Shown here one piece after another: positions 14,268 through 26,940 of a stretch of 64,000 nucleotides of DNA (position 1 is its first letter; every line of letters starts with the position of its first letter). The notes beneath the pieces were generated by a model. That model searched no databases, was not told the origin of the DNA, and was given only the letters and a program-made list of their open reading frames with translations. Made by a program: the position numbers and the translations under genes. The stretch lies in the NCBI GenBank assembly GCA_011109175.1, contig RDEW01000026.1:124001-188000 (forward strand), written 5' to 3'. This DNA comes from Dicyema japonicum (lineage: Eukaryota > Animalia > Dicyemida).

Positions 14268-15175
14268 TTAGTCCAATTTAGAGCTCGAAATCTCAATAAA
14301 ACTCCTGTCAACCTCCGAGAGGGCACCACAAATAACAAAACACTGCATCACGTCCAACACAGATGAATCACATAGCTTATCAATAGAGGACCTAACTATT
14401 ATTGGATCAGCACAGCCAATATTCCCCATGACTAAGCACACAAAGCAGAAATATCAACACGGCCTATCATATGAAACGCTACAGAACCTTCCTTTCCTAC
14501 AATCACAGCCAATTCTGATAATGTTCCTCCTACACGTTCCCCCACATCAACACGTGGAATGTCCCCATCTTGAAATTAGACACAAATAGGATACTGAGTA
14601 CACACATAGTGTGTGCAAGCCACGGTTATAGTTTTTCAAGAAAACATTATATATTTGTGAAGCCTCATTGAAATCTAGGATTGGAGGGATAAGGAAGGTT
14701 TCTCCAAAGGAATAGATCTAAAATAACTAAAAACGAAAAAACCGGTAAGCCACAGCGACAAACCGCTGAAAAAACAGAAGCGTTGTGAAGAACCCGGACG
14801 GTGATATCACCAAATTCTCGAGAAGCAAGACATAACCTTTGGTAAGTCTCATTACTGTGTCAATTAGCCCCAATTCTTACAATAACAGCCAATCAGCGGA
14901 GACTAAAAGGGCAACACTAGCATGGACAGCTTTTAAAAGGATTTCGTCTAAACTAGAAACGTAGTTTGCTACTTATTTTAGTATCTATATGGGCGTTCTC
15001 CCAGCACCCAATACATTGACTTTTCTATAGGTTTTAAGATTTAATATACCAAATCCTCAAAATCGGTAGTCGAAGAGGACTCACAGAAAATATAGTCAAC
15101 TTCTTTTATTATTTCAAATGCCTCGAATGATATGCTTTTCCAACCATCAAAACCAATCCCAACGAAATAAAGCAT
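14268..15175 (-). CDS. DPH5: Diphthine methyl ester synthase, divergent
   Basis: MLYFVGIG..., VLHNASVFSAVCRCGLPIYSFGET, RGLHTL, C-terminal IG.ADP.I....FVI.G; colinear with the DPH5 layout; introns mostly 25-29 nt. Confidence 0.85.
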
Positions 15176-15280
15176 GTATTTTTAAATATTTAATTTAAAA
15201 TATTAACAATATAATAATTAAAATTTCAGAATTTTTGGAATCTCTTAATTTTCCACATTTATTATTATTATTATTAAAAA

Positions 15281-15590
15281 GCCGGCTGGCATAGTGGTTA
15301 GGTGTCGGGCTAAAAGTGACTTAGGTTACGGGTTCGATTCTCGCTGCTGTTCACTTGGTGGAAGGCTCCACGCATCTACGATGCTAAAAAGGCTTGACGA
15401 GTGACTCCGTCATCAGTGGACTCTCATTGCGGAACTGGATAGTCAAATAGGATCCACACACAAGAAAAAGAAAAAAGAAGTGAAGATCATTCCTTGGTTC
15501 TACGATTAGTTAAAATTACCTTTCTTTACTTAAATAAAGTGTGTATCCTGCCTATGCGGAGCTAATACCACGGCTCCGTGAAAAAGGCTA
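15281..15590 (+). mobile_element. tRNA-derived SINE, copy 1
   Basis: A box TGGCATAGTGG, B box GGTTCGATTC; ~310-bp body shared with 26622, 33290 and 58820. Confidence 0.85.
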
Positions 15591-15599
15591 AAAGCACTC

Positions 15600-17913
15600 C
15601 CGAAAAACATAAATTAGTTAAGTTTCCCTTGTGCCGTACTCCTAATTATCCTATCCTTCAACCTCCACCATGATCCTCTGATGCGCGCTAGTTCTCGTAG
15701 GTAGTCCAGGTCGTTTGCCGAGGTTAGTCTCATACCGCCGATAGGTCTTCATTCAAGATAGTCGGAAGTGTCGCTCTTGGCCTTCCGCGGAATACGGCTC
15801 CTGTAGTTGTCCATTGCGACATTTGCGAGGGTCTGGTCATTTGACGCAACACATGGGCAAAGAGGCTCCATCTTGGTTTGAAAATATCATCTGACAGCAC
15901 GTCGGATTTTCATTTATTATAAAGGTTTGCATTATAGATCTTTATAGCCCAGTTGATCTTGGTTACCGATGTGAGCTGAGCTCTGTGGAAGGAGTCAAGA
16001 CGGTCCATTTCCCGTTTTGAGATTCCCCAAGTCCCAGAGTTCTAATTTAGTACCGTGATGACAAAAGCTTTGTATATTCTAAGCCTGGTGTTTAGTCCTA
16101 TACTCTTCTTGTGCCTCCATATTGACGATATTAAGCGTTGTAAACTCCGTTTTGTCGGAATTTACGGTTAAGAACCATTTCGAAAATATGTGTGGGAGTA
16201 CGGTGAGCATGTGCTGAAGTGTTTGAGTATCCTCAGAAACAAAATCCAGATCCTCCGCATAAATTATCTCGTTATGGTTGTTTCCAATCAGGGCCCTGAA
16301 CTCTCTTATTGCACTTTGGCTGAGGGATAGTAGTTTGTTCACTTTGTTTTTTATCCGGTGTAATGCAATGAAAGTGTTTTGCGTATGGAAGTTAGTAGAA
16401 TTATTGGTCTAAGGTTGCAAAGGGGAGCTTTGGTTTTCCCGAGTTTTTTATAGAGGTATTAACGATTTTTTCCCAGTTCCAAAGCATTGTCTTCCTGGAG
16501 AGACCGATTGAAAACATTGCTGATCATTTTGCCGAAATGCTTATTGGGTGCAATATTGTGGATTTGTCCGGTTTCAATGGTTTCATTGTGTAGTTAATTT
16601 CGCTGTCCGAGTTGAATAGATTATCAAAATGCGAAGCTATTATATTAGCCTTGTTAACGTTTCCAATAACAGTAAAGCCGAGGTTGTCGTAAACAGTTAT
16701 CGGGACCGAACTCTTCCCTTTGATAAGGAGGTGAATTGCATTGAACATCCTTGGTCTGTCTTTATATTTCGTTATTTTGGAGATTTGATTTTCTGCTTCA
16801 CTTCTGGCAAGGAATTTTTGTATTTGTTTGATCTTTGTCAGGACTCTGCCTCTCTGGGTGCGGAGCTCGTTGATTTTTTTCCGGTGCACTTGTATTTTCG
16901 GATCGGAGCCTGAGCTCTTTTTGTATTACAGAAAGTTGTCTTATATCCGGACTGCTTTGGTTGTGAATTGGTTTGGGAGTGGGACCCAAAACACTAGAGG
17001 CTGCTTTTTGTATAGCAGCGACTAATTGCTGGTTGATTTTCGTTAATGAAGTTGATGCTATTCCTCAGAGTTGTACTATATCGAAGACTGGTAGATTCTT
17101 CATTCCATGTATTCCATGAATTCTGTTTAGTACTAGCCGAGCGACAAGGCGATATGACCTCGATTTTGCATAAGGGCCTTCTGATGTTGCTTTCAGAGAA
17201 TATAGTCAATCGTGTTTTATATTCGAATTGTGTTGCCTGATTTGTCTTTTCTAGTGTCAACCCAAGTGGTCTTGTGTCTTGCTGAGTGCTTGAAACAAGA
17301 ATTGCATAAGATTAAGTTGAACACCGTGCAAAATTGTATCATTTGCTCTCTAGGAAAGTTGCGACAATTTCTTCCGTGTGCTCCAATGCACATTTCCACT
17401 GGTTTGGCTTTTCCAGCCCTGGCGATCCAGTCCCCGATGACAAGAAGAATGTAAGAGGAAGAAACGAGTTATATACACTGGTGAGAGTAGAGTAAAATGC
17501 GTCCAGCACTTCGATATTTGTTAAGAATCGAGTTCTGGTTGGGGCACATAGATTTATAATGGAAATGACTAGGTTTTTTATTTCCGCATTTGATTTGCAG
17601 CACTGAGACACGGTCAGATGCTGCACTCTTGTAACACAGTGAATCAAGTCCGAGACCATAATGACGACAAGACGATGAGAGGGTAAAAAGGTGGAATTTG
17701 CCAAACAATTCTGTAAATTGTAAGGTCAATTTTGTCTCTTGTAGACAGCAGGCAGAGTTACTGTATTTTGTTAAATCGCATGCCAGTTGATGTTTCTTGT
17801 GAAATTGTTTGAGTCTTCTGAAAATAAAAGTTCCCAGAGAACGGATATCGGATAAGTCGGTAAAGAATACGAATAAGACTTAGTGCAAGAGAGATGTCGT
17901 CACCACCTCAACC
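15600..17913 (-). mobile_element. RTE-clade LINE, decayed, retaining both ends (APE endonuclease, partial RT)
   Basis: CLQETK, RHYGLG, DAFYSTL, CNSCFKHSARHKTTW, IIYAEDLDF; 3' end shares tacggcacaag..ggaa.cttaa with the RTE at 51723. Confidence 0.85.
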
Positions 17914-18084
17914 TTTTCCACATTTGGGGATTTATTACTAAAGAAAATTTCATTATTACTATAAAAATAATAAAATCTCCCCAAAATTGAGGTTTTCCCC
18001 TCAGTATGGGTTTCCCCAAAACGAGGTTGGACAGAATTAATATTTCCTAAAATGAATTATTAGCATAAATCGATCAGGAAATCG

Positions 18085-19605
18085 AATTAATATTATTTAT
18101 ATTTTTTCACAAAATAATTTAAAACTCGGTTAGAAATAATATTGTTAATTTTAAATTTGTTTAAAAATGATAAAATAAAAATATGAATAAAATATTGAAT
18201 TCTGTCTCAATAATAAATTTTTCAGTTGGAATGTCGTATGTCTTATAATTTATAATTCTAGACTATTAAATATATTTTATTGTAACAATGGGTGCTTAGC
18301 TACTAAAAGAATCTTTGCCGACTGCACAACGACCAGAGAGACTATTAAAAAAGTGCCCATGCTTAAAAAAACTAGATTTTTGATGTTGATTTTTTCGACA
18401 AGAGCAGTGTGGACTATTTGGTCTTGTTAATTGCTTACAGCAATAATAAACATGTGGTTTTATGTGATATAAATCTGCAGTATTATCTTGAAACAAAGAA
18501 GAGCCTGAAAAGTCTTCTCAGGAATAAAGAGGAGTCTTTTGTCTTTCAAGTTTATGTCGTGAATTGTGAGGACTCATTCGAGACCATTTTGGATCTGCTG
18601 TTTTGTCCCGACACGAAGACAGCTCGGAAAGGTACTCAAGAAGATGCACAAGTCAAGGATACTGTTTTCCATTAGTCCCTTAATTCGCAGAGTTTCCTTC
18701 TCAGATTCCGGAGATTTCACATACTACGACGTGGATATAAGAAACATACCCACGAAGGCTGTACAAGAACAGGCTGAAAACGATCTTATCGAGAAACTGC
18801 GAACAGATATCTTATCCAACCATGCCCAAGTCAGTGGAGAGTTGGAAAGGATTTACAACAGGATTAGTTTACTCGAAAGTATCAGTTTTGCTTATTTTTA
18901 GATCGCCAGAAACAAATGTATTATTATTGCTTACTCTTAGTGTGGATGGCCAAGTCAATTTAAGTAATTTGAGAGAAACTGTGGCCGAAATTTCAGAGAA
19001 TATGTCTTCTGAATCCAATATACTATTTGATGTATTCTCCAGGGTTTTTCTGGATTATTTCTTGTAGAATTTCTTACTCTAAATGATCAATTTTCTAAAA
19101 TTTCTGAAATAAGTAAATATACGGAAGAAAACACATGTAGACTTAATCTCCAATTGGAGGATAAATATGAAAATCTAATTGAAAACCTTGAAACGACCAC
19201 TTTGAAAAGCCTCGTAATTTTAAAAGATCAATTTGAAAAACAGAACAATGAAATTAAGGGTTTGTAGCCGTTTTATTGTTTGTAGGTCTTATTTCAGACA
19301 TGAATTCGTCACGTGATCCATCATGGCACTCAATTCTTTCGGAAGATTTCATAGAAATCTCTGACGACGATGAAACGAATTCCGTGTATTTCCAACGGAA
19401 TGATCGGGATTAGTTAATTTTCCATCATTCTTTTACATTTTGAATTTTTAAAACTTGTTTTGTAATTGATTTTAAATAAGATTTGCCAATTGAATTTCTA
19501 ATTAAATTATTGATTTCATTTATAATCTTCCATAAATTGGGGTGTCTAATTTAATGGTTTTAAACATGTTTGGATAGAAATGTGATTCACGTGGAGAGGA
19601 TATTT
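18085..19605 (+). repeat. ~1.5-kb direct segmental duplication, copy A (partner 33632-35150)
   Basis: Nearly identical base by base, with scattered substitutions. Confidence 0.95.
18231..19413 (+). pseudogene. Orphan gene copy A, apparently frameshifted
   Basis: Same exon structure as 33773-34958 but lacks 2 nt at ~18610 and one G at ~19043. Confidence 0.6.
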
Positions 19606-19879
19606 TTATCGATAAATTTTATAAAAGTGGAGTTATTTCAATTATTAAAGATAACATGTCTAATTTAACTACTTTTATTGTACTTAAAGTTATATATTTG
19701 CTAACATCAACTTAATTATTGTATCCACTTATTGAATAGTATTTGGATTTAACTCTCCCACTCTTCTCGTGGGAATGGATTATCAAAATAATCACTCAAT
19801 TTAAAAGACCATTTTAAAGGGATGAGTTTGAGGATATTAATGAATTTGTGTCCAAGTGAATAGACAATTAAGTTTATCG

Positions 19880-22800
19880 AATTAGTCTCGCTTAATTAAT
19901 TTGGAAATTGTTTTAACTAGTATGAAGCGATCCTTAGTAGTATTTCCCACCTCACTTAGCGTTATTTCATTTTTGTTATTGTTGTAAACGAAAATGTGTG
20001 GTTTGTTGAATTGAACCTTGGTTTCAGTGATTATCGACATTTCAACTCTTATTTCCAAATTGTGCGTCGATACTATTGACTTTACAAAATGCCTCTTCAA
20101 CTTGTTCGCCTTTTTAACTCCTTACATTCTACATGGATGCAAATGTACACATTTCATCACTTCGTTGTGTCTTCAGACATATTCACTATTTAACATTTTA
20201 CCACAGAGAGGCCAAGTTATCGACAGTCTTCTTGTTTTTTCTACAATGATCGTATAACGAGCACATACCTGAGAAAAACAAGTTCCTATTGTGAAATAGG
20301 CAGAATAAAGCTTCACTCCTATGACTATTATTTACAGTCGCTAGCCACCCACTGGAGGTTTCCACATGGACGTTAAATCCCCCTCACATTTGAAGAGCAC
20401 AGAATATAACGATTTGCAATCTATTCTATGCATTAGATATTGTTTCTGTATAGTCTCGAGGGACTCAACATTAATATTCTCAATAATTTTATTTTTAGAG
20501 TTAAGAAATCCTGCGATTGTAGCCAAGTGAAATTTATTAGTTTTAATAACTCACAGAATCCCCGACCTTCGCAAACAGATAGCTGAATTCTTTTCCAAAC
20601 TTTTAAGGAATTGAAAGAGTATCAGTTCACTTTTAAAAGAAACCAAAGTAAGTCTTCTTCTAAAAAGTCCTCCTGTTTAAATATAATCTCTCCTTGTTTG
20701 CAGGTTCAGGTGCAACCTCGGAGTTTAAGCAGTTGACATTTTACAGTCAATATAATCCAAATGATATTAATCAAACCAATGTAATGGAGAAAGCGAATAT
20801 TCATTAATTCGTGAACAAATTTATTTTGTTAAATAATTTTCTTTTCTAGGATTTAATTTTCACCTGTTACTTTTCACAAACGCAAAAACAAATTCTTCCA
20901 ATTGGGCGATATCGGCTAGATTGAGAACCAGGATTAGACCATAGTTAGATAGGTTAGTTTTACCCTACTGATTTGGAGTCGCTGCTACAGTTATTTGCAG
21001 AGTCAAGCATTTTGTTCATGTACTTGACTGAAAAGTCAGTGGAGTGAAGCTATCACCAAAAAGATAATAGCTGGACGCCTCTAAGTTATAATCTTGACTG
21101 GAAGCAACGATATTGTACAGTTATTTAATATAGCAAGACTATGGTTTATGCTGCCGTTCCCTTGATGTCGAGTATTGTCATAAAATAGGCATTATCATCA
21201 AGGCAATTTGCATTGAAATAACGTGTAACTGACATTTATTGCATGAGAACTGTATTATGCAAACTACTTTGGTGGCGATCTACTGCTCATAAGTATGATG
21301 TGTCTAGCCATTGTGCGACGAGTAAATCGGCGTTTAAATTATTTTATGGCTTTCCAGAGGTTTAGTATCTGACTTATCTGACTTGGCAGAGTTATATGAG
21401 TCAACTTCTGATGAATGCAATCATGAGGTTACTATCACTTGCAGAAATATTAGAACAAAACATAAATACAAAATTCAAAAAGGAAAGTATAAAAATTGGG
21501 GACTTTATACGTATAAAAAGGGACTTTGATAATAATCCTCGAACGAGAAAGAGTTCAAGCAGTCCCCAGTTAACTATATAAATCTGAAGGAGGTAGTATT
21601 TTTCTTGAAATTAACGATTTATGGAGTTCAAAAGTAAGCTGAAAGAGGCACGTGGTCAATTAACCTTTAGTTGAGTTTATAATCAAGGAAAATGGGATTC
21701 TAACAACGGAGTATTTGACTGTCAATGAAATTGTGAGAATCATCGAGGCAACAACTCCATAGAGAAAATTACATTTATTCTGTTTGCCTTTTTCTCCAAG
21801 CTGTTCTTACTACAAGAACTTCGATTTGATCACTTCCTTAAAACGTTCACAGAAGAACTGGTTGCCCTACTTTCGCTTGAATGCTTAAGGAAGGTCAAAC
21901 TTTGGCTTTCGTTACGGTATTATATCAAGGTTGGGTTACATGTAATCTTAGAAATGCGGATAAATCCGGTCGACCAAAATAATCGTCAGTTTTTCGTTCT
22001 ATGTTTTCGTTAGATAATTCGTTTTATGGGAATCAAGGTTGGTTTTCTGGGGAGCTTAGATAAACAATCCTAAGAGTGACTTCTTTCCATCGAAGAACAG
22101 TTGGTATTTGTGCTGCTGGATCTTTGGACTTTATTTGGTTCGCTTTATTAAGTCCAGTATAAAAAGCAGCGAAGAACGGACCCATATTATTGACGGAAAT
22201 GATCAGGATTTGTGAATTCGAGACAAGTTTCTGATCATCTATGAAAAAATCTTTATTAGTAGAAAATAACGAAACTGATAGATCTTCATTCAAAATCGAC
22301 ACTTTGGATACTTTTCTGGAAGGAATCTACTCAGTGGGTCCAGAACTAAAACTAATAGAGTTTGAGAAAGGCTGTCCCCAAGTTGAATACCTCTTTTAAT
22401 ACGAATGTCACAAACATCTTCATTATTCAATTTCAGCTTCACTCTTCAAAGTGAAATAAAAGAACCTAGTACTACAACAATCCACTCAGGAATTCCAGAT
22501 TTCTTAAGGACCTCAGTAAAAAATTTTGATTCACAAGTCGAACGTATTTTTGATATCAACCCATACAGCAAACAGTCCATTTTTATATTTATTGATTTGT
22601 TAATGAGGACTTTTTCTTAACCCCCGATAAGTTTTCTTTGTACTCATCTGGTTTTCAGAGAAAAGAATAAAAGCCTCCACATACTTCCCAAATTTTTGAT
22701 TAATGCATTTCGTCAAAAGTTTATATAGTGAAGGCATACCTGTTATAGGTCTTTGATCATTCGAGAACACACAGTGTCACATTTAGAGATTAACTACGTA

Positions 22801-23400
22801 ATCCCAATGTAGAACCACTCATGAGAGTTGACATCCTTTAATATCTTTCACCATTTCGTTGAAAATTAAATCATAGAGTTAAAATTGGTTCACAAAGAAA
22901 TTATATACTCCATCGCATCCCGGTGCCTTCCAATTCAGTAGATATTTATAGTCTCGTTGACTAAAGAGACATTGGCAGAAATATTTTCTACTCCAGTCGT
23001 CCGCCTCTCAATAATAAATCATTTTCATAATGGTCTTCTTATTCCAAACAGATTTCCAGAATATTTTACATTCACCTCGATCAATTGACATTATTTACTG
23101 CTGATTTAAGATTTCTGTAATGAGTTCTTAAGTTCCATTCAGAATCTTTTCTATGATTCATTTATTTTCTTTAAATATCTTCTAGCAGATAATATTCTCG
23201 CTCTATTTTTCGCTTCTATGACCAGCCAATGATAGTGATATCCACTGGTTTCCTCCACAGAGAGTTCCTAAAAGAAATTCACAATAACATTCAAATAAGA
23301 CTTCCACTCTTTAATTTTATTACTTTATGTCTTCGTTCCAATTAGAAAATTCGTACATCTTCGATGTAAACTTCTGATAAGAATCCTGTCCATCATAGAT
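19880..23400 (-). mobile_element. R4/Dong-like (REL-endonuclease) non-LTR retrotransposon, decayed and interrupted at ~20900-22050
   Basis: WKAPGCDG, RPIT.M..LYKLLTKC, QGDSLSP, FFIDDQKL, PANKERLYL, DRNLFF, RHNEVMKC.H, NKPHIFVY..EITLSEVG in colinear order. Confidence 0.75.
20925..21110 (+). rRNA. Degraded LSU (28S) rRNA fragment from near the 3' end; non-functional
   Basis: gataggttagttttaccctactgat and gtgaagctatca...gctggacgcctctaagt match universally conserved LSU 3'-region segments, with deletions between them. Confidence 0.75.
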
Positions 23401-23413
23401 AATCATGTATATA

Positions 23414-24618
23414 CATAAAAGTCTCTCGAATCCGCCAATTATAACTAATAAATTCTCTAATCCGCCATTTTGACTGACAAATTTCTCGAATCGCCATGTT
23501 TTAATTTTAAATAATTTTATAGGTAAATATTAACTTATTAACACGTTGTCATTTTTTATTGTTGTTTTCATGAAACGTTACTGTACACGATTTAAAAAAC
23601 AAACAAAAATTGTTATTTTAAAGTTTATTGAATCAGAATTTTTTTTCCAAAAATATAATGTACTTATTTCTTAGATCTATTGATGTTCTGAGAAGAAAAA
23701 AAGGATCTGAAAATATGTTGAATAACGGACATTTATTTAAAGTTTAGTGAAATCGATTATGATACGAGTTCTTGGGTAATTCAATGGATGTTAAAGGAGC
23801 CATTTTGAACGATGAAATTATTACTGAGAAAGCCAAAACATTTCATTGAAACGAGGGATCACTGATTTCAAAGGAAGCGAAAGGGGTGGCTTGTTAAATT
23901 TAAAGAGGAATGGTTTGAAGTTACGAAATATGCATGGAGAATCTGCAACTTTAAATTTTGACCCTAATGTGGTATCAGATTTTATTGAATTAATCAAAAA
24001 TAAAATCAATCTCTACGGAGCTCAAATGTTTATAATGCCGACGAAACTGGTTTATTTTACAAAATGATGCCGTCCAAAAGTGTTAGTGAAAACCTTAAAT
24101 CAGGTTATAAATTATTGAAACAGAGTCATGTACAAATGTGGATGCTACAGATAAACGAACACCCTAATAATTGGGATGTTTAAAAATCTAGATGTTTCAA
24201 AAATTTTGATATCAAAAAATATGTCACATATTATAATTCAAAAAGCATGGATGGATAGCCGAATTTTTAATCAATTTCTTTTGAAATGGGAAATAGAATT
24301 TGATTTGAATGATTCGGAGAAAATAGAACAATAAATTGATAGTAAGAACCCTTGAAGAAAGTCAGAAAGGTGTCATTATTAGCGAGGCTTTTCTAGCCTT
24401 AAATAAATTAAAAGAATTCTTTAATGTCTAAAATCTTGATTCTATTGAAAAGGTTGGATTTTCAATGATCCGAACTTAAAAAGAAATCAAAACTTACTGA
24501 ATTTTTGCTTATAAATAATTCTTTATTTACATTATTAATGGATGAAAAATCAATAAATCTCTCGAATCCGCCAGACTTTGCCGATCCTCGAAAATGGCCG
24601 ATTCGAGAGACTTTACTG
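23414..24618 (+). mobile_element. pogo/Tigger DNA transposon with both TIRs, decayed
   Basis: TIRs ca(t/g)aaagtctctcgaatc(c/g)gcc at both ends, TA on the left; HGESA and YNADETGLFYK motifs. Confidence 0.85.
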
Positions 24619-24689
24619 CATCATCCTTATGAATTCCATAATACTCATATGGTATTAAGGATTGTAACATTTAGGCTAAGGGACAATTT

Positions 24690-25310
24690 GCTACAGACCA
24701 GTTGTCCCTGAATCAAAAACCATTATGGCATAAAATCTCGAACAATGTTGGAGAAGAAGGCTTAGTCGATCCAATAATATTAAATGAAACCTGGGAAGAT
24801 TTTCTGAATGCCTTTAATAAGTATGATTCCAGTGACGTACACAACTGTGATGAAACTGGACTGTTTTTCAAATGTCTTTTAAAAAATTCATTAATATTAA
24901 TTGAACAAGACATAGCAAGTGGGAAATTTCCAAAAGAGCGTATAATAGTGCTCTTATGTTGTAGTATGTCTGGCAAAAGGAAAAAACGTTAATTATTGGA
25001 AATTCAAAATCCCAAAGGATTTAAAAATTTAGACCTTTGAGGAAATGAATATACAATATTCATTCAGTAAAAAAGATGGATAAATACACCAATTTTTTTT
25101 TAAAATGGATAAAAAATTAAATGAAAGAAGGCAATTCGATAATAAAAAAATTTTGTTATTTCTAGACAATGCTAGTGTTCATTGCATAGATGAAATCTTA
25201 AACATTGAATTGTTTTTTCTACCACCAAATACAACATCGAAATTATCACCTTTGGATCAGGGGATTATAAATTCTCTTAAATCAAAATATAAAAAAGCTT
25301 GAAAAGAAAT
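24690..25310 (+). mobile_element. Second pogo/Tigger transposase remnant
   Basis: HNCDETGLFFK, KERIIVLLCCSMSG, LLFLDNASVH, FLPPNTTSKLSPLDQGII. Confidence 0.85.
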
Positions 25311-25489
25311 TTAAATGACCTTCAGAAGGGTGGCCTATCAATTCCCTTGTTTTTTCTTTGCTACTTCTTACTGCTGATGTAGATTGTTACATGTCATTAC
25401 AATTACAAAAAATAAACGTTACAGTACTTAATATCTTTTTTTTCTTTTTTTAAAATATCAAGTCAATTAAAGACAAAAATTAACAGTTA

Positions 25490-25630
25490 GTAATTACTGG
25501 CTGCTCTCATAATCGATAACGCATTTCCCTGACGATTTGCAAGGAAATAAGCTCGATTAGACAGCTTTTTCTCTTCCATCATTTTTCCTCTTCGCAATGA
25601 GAGATCCGATTCTGTCCAACAGGGTCAGTG
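25490..25630 (-). mobile_element. CRE-like LINE 3' end
   Basis: LLDRIGSLIAKR...CLIELISLQIVRGNALSIMRAAS; same family as 44200 and 45250. Confidence 0.65.
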
Positions 25631-25699
25631 AACTTTATTATCTTTATTAATAATACAAAAAATAGTTAATACAGTGGCCATGAATGACCTTATTTACCA

Positions 25700-26610
25700 C
25701 TTAACCAAAATGGCATGCGACATACAACCTAATCTGGGACTCGACTCTACACTGATTATTATACAATTCAATGTAAATGGAATCCACACTAAAGTGTTGA
25801 AACTACGCTTCCTATTATCCCATTTGAAAGTGGAAGTTGTCATCATTCAAAAATCTAAGCTCTCTAGAACATCTCCAACCCCTTGTTTTCCTGGATATTC
25901 TGTACTTCGCAAGGATCAGACAAGAAGTCTCGAAGGAAGATTATTGACTATCGTTAAGGATGGACTTAAATTTACAGATGTCACCCCATTTGTAACTTCT
26001 CTCCGGGAAGGGGATTTTATTCTGGAATAGATTTCTATTGAAGCTTTTTTTCCGACGAGATGTTTTACACTGTGCAATGTCTATATCCAGCCTCAGGGGT
26101 CATGTGCTACTTCCTATATCCCCAATCTATTGAGATTGTGTGGACTAAAGGATCTGCTACTATGCGGAGACTTAAATGCCAAACAGTCGCTCTGACTCCG
26201 GTCACAATCAGCCGACAATCGCGGAGAGTACATACTATCTATACTAGACGAATTAAAATTCTCAATAATCCAAATTCTCATACTCCGAAGAGGGACAGCC
26301 CAACATCTGACTGTCATATGTATCCCTTTCTTGCTTGATATCTTTCCTTGGATGTTCGTTGTGGTTTTAAAAGCGACCATAACTCAATTGTGATGAGACT
26401 CAAAGATCTATTTGTTGGCCAAGATGTTCTGCAAAGTTCAAGAACTATTCGAAGGCTAACTGGATAGGTTTCAGCACGTTTTGGACAGTTGTTTATTGGG
26501 CTTAGCTGTTGAAGACTTTCTTATTGACAAGGGAGCTAAGATATTAACCTCGATAATCCTGAGAGTCGACAGAATGTTATTCCCTGATCGTCTACAAAAC
26601 ATTCTATCCG
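25700..26610 (+). mobile_element. APE-endonuclease fragment of a Jockey/I-like LINE
   Basis: IIQFNVNGI, IIQKSKL, PGYSVLRKD, LLCGDLNAK. Confidence 0.75.
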
Positions 26611-26621
26611 AAACTATCTAC

Positions 26622-26940
26622 CCGGGTGGCAAAGTGGTTAGGTGTCGGGCTAAAGTGACTTAGGTAACGGGTTCGATTCTCGCTGATGTTCACCTGGTGG
26701 AAGGTTCCACGCATCTACGATGCCAAATGGGTTTGACGAGTGACGCTGTCATCAGTGGATACTCACTGCGAACTGGATTGTCTAGAAAGGACTCACACAC
26801 AAGAAAAGAAAAAAAGAAGTGAAGATCATTCCTACGAATAGTTAAAATTAACTGTTCCTTACTTAAATAAAGTGTGCGTCCTGCCTATGCGGAGTTATAA
26901 AATACTATGGCTCTCGTGAAAAGGCTTTAATTATTATTAT
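26622..26940 (+). mobile_element. tRNA-derived SINE, copy 2
   Basis: High identity to copy 1; (TTA)n tail. Confidence 0.85.

Noticed and set aside
15281-15360. SINE heads as functional tRNA genes
   Set aside because: The cloverleaf is incomplete and each head continues into a shared ~240-bp non-tRNA body.
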